A program made the position numbers and the translations under genes. Below the pieces are notes generated by a model. It had not been told where the DNA came from and searched no databases. It saw only the letters and a program-made list of their open reading frames with translations. Below, piece after piece: positions 29,901 to 41,300 of a DNA stretch of 64,000 bases. The DNA is from Balanoglossus misakiensis (taxonomy: Eukaryota > Animalia > Hemichordata), in assembly GCA_040954595.2 (NCBI GenBank), contig CM082582.2:11027483-11091482 (forward strand). Direction: 5' to 3'. Within the stretch, counting starts at the first letter, position 1, and every line of letters begins with the position of its first letter.

Positions 29901-32741
29901 CCGAGACCATTCAGGTGAGGCGATGAAAAACAGGCGGACTGCATCGTGGTTAAAACGAAATGTATATATCTTGTGAGAATACGTGACCGACCGTGCAGAA
30001 ATTAAATTCTTTTTTTTTGCGACGTGTAGTGTGCCGCTGTTGAAGATAGGAACAGTAAAATGCAATTAGAAACCCTAACCTTGTGTGGGCACTCAGTGGA
30101 CATGTTTAGACTGTACGACCAAATCAGGAAAATATATTGAGCGCAAATTGCACAGTAATGACGACAGCAACACACACATGCGTTTCCGTGATTGGGTTAC
30201 ATTTACTGTATTGAGTTTCCGGAGTTCCCATGTCCAATAGTCAATACACTCACAGGGCTCACAAGGAGAATTGGTGACGGCATTAAATTTCACGTAATTT
30301 ACTCTAAAACGCGACGTGTTAATGTGTTTTTATCGATGAAATGACAAAATAAATGCATATATAATCAGGCACACTTTTGTCATATTATTTCGACATATTA
30401 TTTCTCCCTGAGTTTCTCGTATCAATTGATATTCAGTAATTCAGCACTTTGCTGTCCGAAGTGTAATTTAGACTACAATAAATGGTTCACATTAACACTG
30501 AAGCTTTGAATTAAAGTTTCTGAAAAGAACGCCACAAGCGTAAAATACTGTCCTATTAATTGCACAGCTTCTGCAGCGGTTATGCGGCGGAGGACGTCAA
30601 GATACGCTTCATTCCAAAATGGTGCCCATTAATTGGACAGTCATACATAGCTCTTACCTCAAATTCTATTGGAAAATCCCACTATAGAGTGAGAATCAAC
30701 ACCTCAATTTGAACTGTTCTCCTAGTGAATACATATTTGCACTGGCACTCATTTGCGTCGGACTACTTTCACAAATTACACTGGCAGCAAACTACTCCGC
30801 GGTGAGTGAAAGGGCGCGCGCGTGTGCCACACTACGTCAATTCTTCCCGCGATAAACCTGAACAAACTCCAAGACGAAATGTGCGATATCCCAGGGATTT
30901 ACAGCTTATTCTTCCACCCCATATGTATGCACAAATGGCTACATATCTCCCTCATATCATTTCAATCTCTCCCGAAACTCGTGCCTAGAAGAAGCAATGC
31001 AGCACGGTCTAAATTTTGTACAAGATATACTAGTATACTCCGACTCACGGCAGCACAGCAGTGATAACGCGTTTTCTCAGTGCAATCATTCCCAACATTC
31101 ATCACTGCTTGTCGACAGCTTTAAGACAAGGTTTTTAAAGCTAATATACTGCCGGGGTTTACCACCAGTAAATATACGAACTGCGGACATAATGGCTTAA
31201 TGTTTCGCGTAATACGTTGCTAGTTTCCGTGAAATAATTTCCAGTCCACAAAATGGAAGGTTCTTAGAATGTCTGCGCCCGTATATCATGTGAAACATTA
31301 AACTTTACGATTTTGCGTTTTTGATGGGGTTTGAATCCGAGGTTTATTGCCACCTAAAGACTTCAGTCTGTGAACATAAATAGTAGCCATGATGCAAACG
31401 ATGAGTCATGCAACTTTAGGTTGTTACATTGTACTTTTTTCTTTTTCATGTCCGCAGTGCGTCTGGAAGACAAGTGTAACAAATCACTAACTGTCATTGA
31501 CAGCATCGAGGGAGAAATCCAATTCCGACTGGGGCGAGAGCAGATGATACACTGCGTAGCCACGGTGGAAGTGCCCTCGAGAATGCACATATCGCTGACG
31601 TTTGCCAAGTTCTACCTGCACGCCTCGAACCCCGCGCTGTGCGACGACACCTGGCTAATGCTCTACGACGGCCCTCTAGCGATTGGCGGGAAAGAGTTGA
31701 CCCAACAGCCGGGGCTGTGTGGCGACGACAATGGCGGCACCAAACTGCCGGCCAGCCTCTACACGAATGACAACTCATTCACCATATGGCTTGGTCGGAC
31801 CACGACCCGCAACAAAAGTTTCATGGAATTCCGCATATCGTATGTGGTTTTCCAACAACATTCTGGTGAGTTGATTTTTGGTGAACATGGAATTTTGACC
31901 AGTCGCCACACATGACGTGCGAGAAGGAGGGTTAACGTGCGTAATATGTAAATTTAGCCGATAAACAAGTATTAGAAATGTTGTAAAAGGTTGTACTTTT
32001 GGTGTCACGTGTTGCAACACCTAACCATTTTTGTCTACGAAATTTAGCAAAAAGTCACGTGTAATACACGTTTCCTCGTTGTTTTTGTCACTTTCAGATG
32101 GCAACTGCTTTAAGTGTGCAAATGCGAGCGTCCAGATGTGCATAGACAGATCACTTACATGTGACCACAGGTTTGCTCACTGCCCCGACGGGAGTGATGA
32201 AGATCTGCGCATGTGTTATTATCAGACAGGTGTGTGTACCCCCTTTTTGTGTCACCATTTCTCATTCTGTGGGCATTTTCTTGTCATTTTCGAATATGTA
32301 GTAGATATTTAAGAGTACATGTTTTCTTCCATTGTAGAAGACTCAAAGAAGGACGATAACGGCCTTTTGCTGGGACTGAGAACGACTGATGTGATCGGAA
32401 TAACCATCGGCGTCTCGGTTTTTCTTGTGGTCATGATTGTCACCGCGGCGTGTTTCTGCCGAAGCAGTTCAGACGACATCCTCCCGAGTCGACCGACCCC
32501 TTGCAGCAGCCGACCCCTGACCGGCATTGACCACGTCACAGCCGCCAGACTGATGCCAGTGGGCGAGGAATCATCGCCCATCATGCCGCAGCGAGCCACA
32601 GAAATTGCCAGGATTCAAAAGCCGCCGACCTCCTGCATGTATCAGAAACACTGCAGGCGTTCGTATAATCCGGCGCTGATGACCGTGTCGGAGGCGCGGC
32701 GATTTCAACTTCCACTGCACTGTCGAACACAATCGTGTTGA
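20826..32741 (+). CDS. Gene B: CUB-LDLa-TM type I membrane protein, paralogue of gene A (~349 aa); exons 20826-20931 (tentative), 31458-31865, 32098-32229, 32338-32741
   Basis: All junctions are phase 1 and the exons total 1050 nt. CUB (HCVATVEVP..MHISLTFAKF..CDDTWLMLYDG..GLCG), LDLa (CFKC..CIDRSLTCDHRFAHCPDGSDE), TM (VIGITIGVSVFLVVMIVTAACFC). Confidence 0.75.
31458..31865 (+). CDS. Gene B exon: CUB domain
   Basis: Acceptor ccgcag|TG and donor G|gtgagt; 408 nt, phase 1-1. Confidence 0.88.
32098..32229 (+). CDS. Gene B exon: LDLa repeat
   Basis: Acceptor ctttcag|AT and donor G|gtgtgt; 132 nt; CPDGSDE motif. Confidence 0.88.
32338..32741 (+). CDS. Gene B last exon: TM plus cytoplasmic tail
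   Basis: Acceptor ttgtag|AA in frame with ORF 32319..32741. Confidence 0.85.
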
Positions 32742-35377
32742 TTCAGATTAAACGTTATAAAAACGCGAGAGGACGCAGTGAAGTGCCGCAGCAAGATCAA
32801 GACTATAGCAAAAACATATCAAGAAACAGGGCTATTCTCTGATGCAACCTAGTCTTCGTATCGAAGTACACATTATCTACAAAGCCCGCCTCTGGCTGTT
32901 TCCCGCGACCTCTTGCCATGACAACCGCGCTCAGGGGAGGAAACACAGTGCCACGGTTTATCCCAATATCCAAAGGTCATGAAATAACCACCGTGATGGA
33001 TCATTCCGTATAACAATAAAATTAGTTTTGCCGCAACACAACACTTCATCAAACTTGTCGGAAAAAGACAAAAAAACACAAGTACTCGACATCATGTTTT
33101 CAATCGTATCGTGCTTTGTAACTGTCATATCACTCTGTTACCAATACTACCCTCGCCCAGCCCTTCAAGTTCTCATGGGGCATTTTCTAAACTATATACC
33201 ATCCATCTTTATGCAAATAACCACAGGCATGGCATCTTACGCGTGGGGCGTTATTTCGATATTGTCATGCATAAGAGCAAATGACGAACACGTTGCATAC
33301 AAGCGAACGATTGAAAACAGTGCACGATTACAATTCAATATCCCCCAGGACAAGATAGTGTAGTGAACGATGTACTCCATAACATTTTTCATGTGCCGTG
33401 AATGTAGTCTGAGATGCTATCTTGTTCTGGGGCGTGTTAAATCTGTAATCAAGCCATGCTTTTACATGTAGTAACAAAAGAGGGTGAAGTATGCTCACTT
33501 GTTTGGTGAATCCAACGCGGTGTGGCAGTCTTGCAAAACCCTTTCCACAAAAGTTCTCCAAACTCCTGGAACAACCAGTCAGCCTCTTCATGTTGGTCTT
33601 CTTCACGTTTCAACGCGTGGTTTTACTGTATATGGTTTAGGAAATGAGTTCAACAGCGTCATCCTGCACGATGCCTTCGCCATGAAAGTGGTGACGTCGA
33701 CGCGAACGAAGTGGCGCGTGCAAATAAGTGAGCACGTGGTGAAGCTTTGCATTTGGGCGTGGTCGCTCTCAACGGATGGAAATCTCCATCTGTAAACACA
33801 CACGTTCCAACCGCCAATCGACTGACAGGAAGCCAGTGCGTGCTTAATGATTGGTCATGTTTTAACTTTCACCAGGTGTCCTCGACGACCCTCGTGTCGC
33901 TCAGTACATCAGTATCTGGACGACTGCTCCGCTCAAGTCGTGCTTCATCCTGAACTGCTGATTGGCTAAAGGTCACACGTGTCCAAAGTGCCAATTCCCA
34001 ACAGCACGGACAACGCACAACGCTAGTCTTCAAACGCATGGCAACACAGTGAAAATTCCGAACAATTTGCAAAATGACGTCAGATGTCGGCGAAAATGCC
34101 TGCCAGACCGAACAAACCAATTTATTTAAATAAAGCCTAAAATATCAGGATAAACGTTTCAGTCCCGGTGCTGACCCAAAATTATTTATTAAATATAAAT
34201 TCTTGAAACTTGAAAGACAAAATATTACCTAACATAGATGTACATGTAACTGGAAGTCAGGCCCTTTTCAGGGTAATGATATCTTGGGCATTGACATGTC
34301 TGAAGTGTAAAGTATGGTTATTTGTTGTGTATATATATAAGTCTGCCCTGGGATGGTGTGCCGAAGTATGCTGACCTCTGCCCTCGTCGTTAATTGTACC
34401 TGTGACTTACATGTGTGTTTAAACACAAAATAATGTGCCTATATTTCATGTTTTGTAATATTCTTTTTTGAGGAAAAAAGACATTTTTTCATTTTATTCA
34501 TGACACCATGAAGAGTATGACGCTGGTGGTATACATCATCATACGTCATCATGACAACGTCATGATGAATTGACGATATCACGAACCATTTTAACATTGT
34601 ATTTATTGCCTTAGAGACAAAAAATGTAAATCGGTATTTTCAGATAGTATTCGATTAGAATTATAACTGGAAAGTACATATTATAGGAAGGTCAATTACA
34701 AGCCATAATTAGAATTACTAATTATACCGAGACAATAAATTCGTGTATATCAGTAATACATCACTGGCGGTGCTAAGTACGCGTGGCATTCTTCCAAGAG
34801 TCTATGCTCGCATTTGTGCGCATGTGTGTGTGGGTGCGTGCCCATGTGTTCGTGTGTGAAGATGTAACATGTGTTAAAGCTTAAACAAAATACAGTGCCC
34901 CATATTCAGGTGTCGCGAACAAAATGACTGATATAAAGCTTTAGGAGATAAGGTCGACAGTAAAGTTGTCGATGTGTAGTTTAGATAAGGGGGTTGTAAT
35001 TTTCGTGTACGTCTGGGGAACAGTGCTGGTGCGAATTTATAGTTAAACATTTGCTTGTTGTTTGCGTGCGAAAAGTTGGCAGACAGAAGGACGATACTGT
35101 TTCTGGGCACGTGATTCGGTTTAGCCGTACTTTTCGAGCAGATGACATTTCTGTGTCGATAGTTCAATGAACGATGTGTGAGTTTGAGGCCGATTGTATA
35201 ATTTCGGGGGACTTTTGCGCCAAAAAGTGAACTTGTGGGTACAGTTAGAGGTATCCTCGGCCGTTGAATGCGTGACGTTGCATGTGAACGCGGTTCTTTG
35301 ATGTTTGAAACCTAAGACTCCAATCCTTCAACTTCTACAGTTCACAACAAACACCATTTCTGATTAAAGAAGATGTT

Positions 35378-35383
35378 TTTATT
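35378..35383 (-). terminator. Polyadenylation signal of gene C
   Basis: AATAAA on the - strand about 130 nt after the stop codon. Confidence 0.45.
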
Positions 35384-35515
35384 AATAACTGCGATTCTTT
35401 GACAAAAAGGCCAATCTTGGAGATTTTATTGCATCAAGTTGGTTGGCTCAAGTAGTTAGAATCATTTATCAACACGTTTGTATACTGTCATAACCGTCTT
35501 GTGAGAAAGACAGCT

Positions 35516-36594
35516 CTATTGAACTTCTTCATCATTGTAGAAGGTGTAGTGTATCTTGCAAAGCGACCTGGGATCTCCGTTCAGAACGGTGTTGAAACAA
35601 ATCTCCAGGAAAACCTCACGATTCAACACAGCCGGGGGTGGCGGTGCAAAGCGGATGTTGTCAGCTATTGGGCTTGGACAGTCCTGAAATATACGAAGAG
35701 AAAATATTGGAACGTTGAAAATAATATCAAGCATGTTGTCAGAATTTTACATAAAGATATTTATTGGTCTAATACATTTGCTGCTGGCCATATCTCAAAT
35801 AATCCAACTGATCATGACGTAAACACGATGTTAAATACACAACATTTTAATCGAAACATCTTCAAAAGCTGTGTGTACTAAAATGCGTTCTTGGCCAGAG
35901 AAAGGTGTGTGACTTTAACTGTCTGAAACTGAACTCAGTTTTTACCTCATTCAAATAGGAACATCTGAAGATCCAGTAACCGTTACCGTAAATATCGGCA
36001 TTACACACTCCGCAGTCGGCGGTCGGATAACCAGTCAATTCACCCTACGGTTGTGAAAGAAAGAAATATTTATAACTTTGTGGTTTGTCATTGTCTGATT
36101 AACGAGAGAAAACAACCATTTCTGTAATTGATTAAGATTAGAAGTCACTTGGCGTCATCATAGTTAATCACCAACCATGGAGCTTCTGTTTTTTTAGGTT
36201 GCTGTTCAACATGTACAAACACGACAATAGAATTCAAACAAATTGCTCGAAAATGTATGAAACACTTGGTTACCTGATCAATGTCAGGGTTTTTGTCCAA
36301 AATGGTTGTCGGTATGCTGAAAAGCAACACTGTAGTTGAGTCGGCGATGTAGTCCGATGTAGTGAAGTAGAAGGACAGGTTTTTCACGGGCTGGAGAGCT
36401 TCGGTCTCCTGCAGAGTCTGGATCATATTCGGGGGACACGGTACACCGTAGGTGAGGGCCTTGTTAATAATCATCACTGAATACCCGTTTCCAATGAAGG
36501 AACTGCAAGTGTTTGGGGCACCCCTCAGCACGCCTTGTGCCGCAGCGCTGAAAAGCAGTGGCAGCCAGATGAACGAGAAACGCATCTTAGCCAT
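35516..36594 (-). CDS. Gene C: uncharacterised secreted protein, 195 aa, 8 Cys; exons 36594-36274, 36044-35946, 35683-35516
   Basis: Signal peptide MAKMRFSFIWLPLLFSAAAQG. Two phase-0 GT-AG introns (CAG|gtaacc to ccgtag|GGT; GAG|gtaaaa to tttcag|GAC). Total 588 nt, with an upstream TATA box and a downstream AATAAA. Confidence 0.8.
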
Positions 36595-36668
36595 CTAGTC
36601 CGTGTCGGATGAGATGTTTGCCTTGTGATCAAAATTTCTAATGTGGAGACCTAGTTAAAACTTTGCCG

Positions 36669-36676
36669 TTTATATA
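36669..36676 (-). promoter_or_regulatory. TATA box of gene C
   Basis: TATATAAA on the - strand about 75 nt upstream of the ATG. Confidence 0.55.
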
Positions 36677-37874
36677 GACTGGTAAATAAATCAACACGCA
36701 CACTATTGTTTGTGGCTTGAACACTTATAGTCAAAAGTACACTCCTGTTAAACGTGTCTGCCATAAATGGAGGTCACTGTGTATTTAGCGCGATGAACCT
36801 TCCTGACTTTTGAGGTATGTCTGATCGTGGCGATTGCCAAGACGTCCCACTGGCGCTGTTGGGTGTATAATTTGGTAGAAGCGTACGTGAGGGCATTCTT
36901 AATCAGTACCCTGAACAACCTAGTGACCTATCCCATGATATAAACTGAGTTCAGACAGAAACTATGCTCAGCCAACCACGAGCATCAATAAGTTCCAATA
37001 ACTCTGGTTGCACCAATAACAACCAGCCTTACATGTGTCTGAGGCTTCTCCCGGGGGATACGCACATAGAAAGATAGAAAGGGGTATGTGTATGTGCTGT
37101 CCAGATGGGCCATTCAGGTTTTACTCCGTGCTAGGGGGTCATATCACATTATAATAATTGCATTCTGGGTAAAATGTCGACAACTCACTGTAGTAAGAGA
37201 TAGAATATAATATGTTAACTGTATTTCATGACTTCCTTTGGTCAAAAATTTATGTCTTCAGTAACACATCTGCAGAGAATACATTAAATGCACAAAATCA
37301 AATTATCCTTTTGAATAAAACCAGCGAACCGTAAAAAAAATACCGGAGTTCCGTGTACACATAAATTGATTCCTACATTAAATTGTGAAATACAATGCAA
37401 AATTACAAATGATGCTGGTAATCAACATCAAGTCACACAAAATAACATTGAAAGAAACGCTTTGAGCCGATTAGGCTGACAATCAAAATGTAAATATCAT
37501 GGTTACATATTTTTGTCTGATTACTCATGGAGTTCTATAAAATGAAGTAATAATTATGTACCGGTGTATTATTAGTTAACAGTTTTTTATAGAAGTTCAT
37601 TCTAATAATTCATTCATATTAGACCAATAGAAAAAGTTATGGGTTAAGGTTCTGTGGTAGGAAACACTTACAATGGTTAAAATGAAATGAAACATTTGTA
37701 TGAAATACATTGTTTAAGGTGAAAATTGGGAAAACAGAAATAAAGATACTTTTGTCATGGTAACTGCTGTCAAATTATATGCTACTGGACATCAAACCCA
37801 GTGAAAAGTGTTGTGACAACTATGTGAAGAAACTCAGACAAGAAGTTACCAGTACCTGCAACATAATTGTTCTC

Positions 37875-38323
37875 TCAAACTTTGTCATCAGCTGTGTTTC
37901 CTGATGTGGAAAAGGTGTTCAGTGCTTCTGGGGACAAGTCATTTCGCTTGAATCCCTCCCTGGTTTTATCCAATGCCATGTAATCACTTTTGGGTTTTTC
38001 TGTCAAAGGAGTGTAGTTTGAGTCTTCTTCCAATTCAGCATTGTTGATACCTGGGCTGTTGTCTACATCATTGTTCTGGTCTTGGTCACTGTACATTGCC
38101 TGGCGGAGTTTTTGTGTGTGGTGACGACGTAGATGTCCACTGCCACCGTCATAGCCTTCATTCGGCTGGCCATTCCGTTGCCTGGCATTTCTCTTCTTAG
38201 CATTCCCCTTCTGCCGCAAGCAGACAGCAACGATTACAACAATCACTATCAGTAGGACCAAGCCAACAGCAACACAGACGATCACAATGACTAAAGGAAA
38301 GTCTTCGCCCTTTTTCATGAGAC
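37875..38323 (-). CDS. Gene D last exon: TM plus tyrosine-motif cytoplasmic tail
   Basis: Acceptor tttttag|GT; [37 protein letters not shown]-x7-YMAL. Confidence 0.9.
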
Positions 38324-41300
38324 CTAAAAATGAATGACAGCCACTTCTTCATGTAAGAGACAAGAATTTCAATTCACACATGTCTCTAAAGTACAAACTG
38401 AAATCCAGTGTCGTATTGATCCAGTCTACATTACACATAAAAAGTGTTGTTGTTTTTAATTCACATCACACATACTTCAATGGAGGAATACTATTCCTTA
38501 TACTAATAAATGAAAATTCGATACTTACACTGTGACTCTCTAAAACTACCAGTGGTTTCCGTGTATTTTCCATCTTTGCATTCCAGACACTGCAGCTGGG
38601 CTTCATCTTCTTGGTACATCCCAACTGGACAGAATGAACACTCATCAAGTAATGCGTCATACATTGTGCCCACAGGACATGGAACTGAAACCAAATAACA
38701 GTGTGATTTAGTCTTCTAGTTTTTTAGTTGGTTCGTGGAATACCTTCACCGAATATAGTAACATGAATCCAATCTATTTGACTTACCGCACCCATCTGCA
38801 GTACTTAGGTGACCATCAAAACATGTCCATTTTGGCTCACCAACAGAAAAGTAGTCAGGATCTGTTGTGATGCTCTGGCCATCGATCTCCAGATCTAATG
38901 ATCCCTGTTTCATCAGTTGTTCTATACCCGCCACTGACTCATTCATAGACACCGTCATGTTTTCAAGTATCTCCTGGGACTCGTCGTCACCAGATGTGCC
39001 GCCAGCTTCATTCACGATCTGTACATTGAACTGAACGGTCAAGTCGTCTGTTGCTTGTCTCTTTCTGCTTCCGGTTCCGCACTTAATGACAAAGCTGTTC
39101 CGGTCACATACCCTGGGATGATTTCTCTTGTGACAGAGATCATGGTCTTCCAGATTTTCTTGAAGTTTATTTATGATCTCATCCTTGTACATGGCAATTC
39201 CGCAGGCAGATTGGTACACAAAGACAACAGTCTGTTCAACATGTTGTCCAGGTGCATTACCTGAATCAAGGTTAAATTCATGAGACTTAATTTCTCTGTA
39301 TGACAGTGAATTACATCCACCAAGTCAATGACAGAGCATATGGGTCCATGAAGTTGACAAGAGAGACATGTTCAAAGACATCAGTAAAGGAACAATTTGC
39401 AACAAACTTGCTGGCTGACAGCTGCAATGGAACCTTAACCAACGTTATAACACTTTAGCAGATATTTAATAACACTTAAGCAAATATGTAACAAACCTTA
39501 ACCCGATATATAATACACCTTAACCCAATATGTAATAACACATCACCAAATATGTAATAACACCAGCAATATGTTATTTACCTTAACCCAAGATGTTAAC
39601 ACTTCACTCAACATGCAATAAACCTTAACTCAATATGTAGTAGCACTTCACCAAATATGTAATGTACCTTAACCAAATATGTGATAAACTCAAATAATTT
39701 TACTGGATCACATCACAATGTAAAGCAGTATTAATGTCATGGAATACTACATTAAGCCAAGTAAGTTTTTAAAGAAAATCGCTTCATGCAACTGGTCTGG
39801 ACATAAAAAATCATAATGACCATTCAGCTTAATTCACAGAACATCATAGCCATCAAACATAGTCCATCTGTACTTGTTTGAACTTTTGGAAGTTCAATTA
39901 CAAGTTCTCCAAGTTTCGTCCATTTTGAATAAGGTTCAATCCAAAAGGTGTAATAGATAAACATGCATACATAATGTTTTCTATCCTGCATTTTTCGTGA
40001 TTATATGTTTCCAGAGTTAATATACTGAGCTGAGTTCAAGGGGGTCATTTCTGCTTAACATATTTCGACAACACCATAAATACACGTCTTCCGGTAGGGT
40101 TTGATATGGTGCCTGAATATTGCATTGGTCAATGTAACTTACGGCTGCAACGTGGGGATTCTGTTGGCTGCCATTGTTCATCAATGCAGTTGTAGATGTG
40201 TCTGTTACGGAATGGCATGTATCCTTCTTTGCAATGTAGAATACATTGAAATCCATCTGGTGATTCTCCGCAAGATAACGCCCCATTCCCAGGAACTTGT
40301 AGGTCTGCACACTCAGCTGATGTTGGACAACAACAACAACAAATAAATAGAAATAAATAAATAGATTATAATACAACGATTAAGATATATGGACTACTAG
40401 AATCTGCAAATCAGCACGTATCATAGTCATCATATACATTTTGTAGTGAATCAACAGATTTCAACTGTAGGATCCACAAACATGTCAGAAATTCAAATGA
40501 ACAGGTCATAAATGATATATGATGTCAAAAAGCATATTGTGAACACACAGTAACCTGGACTCATTTCTTACCACGGATGTGTATGATGGTGATCTCGAAT
40601 GTACATGTGGCAACATTAGCAGAGGTGTCTGTAGCTCTGACTGTTACTGTATGAGGACTTCCTATGACAGTAAAGTCAGAACCACTCTCCCGGCTTGTTG
40701 TGACGGAAGCCAATTCGGTGTTGTCCGTAGCAACTGGTGGATCCCAATCAATTTCAACGGCAGCATCTGATGTGGTTTGTGACTGGTCAGGCGGACAGAA
40801 TGTTATCTTCGGTGGGTAAGGATCTGAATGTGATGAACAATTAGACACATGTTCTTGTAAGAAACCTTAAGAAATACTAGTTATCAAACTGCAAATTTCC
40901 CCATTGTTCATATTAGTTGACAGAAATTTTGCATGTTACTCACATTTTGTTCTATTGCCATGTGCATGTCTTTGCAACTGGCCATGTAATCAATCTCGAA
41001 GTCAAAACAGGAAGCTGTCACAGACTTAAGACTTACCAACCAATTTCACTTGAAATCGACACCATGCTTCTTGCTGACCAACTGCTGCCCGTACGTTGAT
41101 GTGAACTCCAGCCTTTGTCTGCTCATTAAATTGTAAGGTGCTGGGAATTTGGATGGTACCAAGGACTTCATGGGCGATAACATTACCTCTTGCATCAATG
41201 GCCTCAATGTTCACATCAAGGTAAGCTGTGTCGCTATCTTCACTTACTGTCAATTGTATAGGTGCAGTCGGGCACAGACGGAATGATACTGGTCCTGTAA

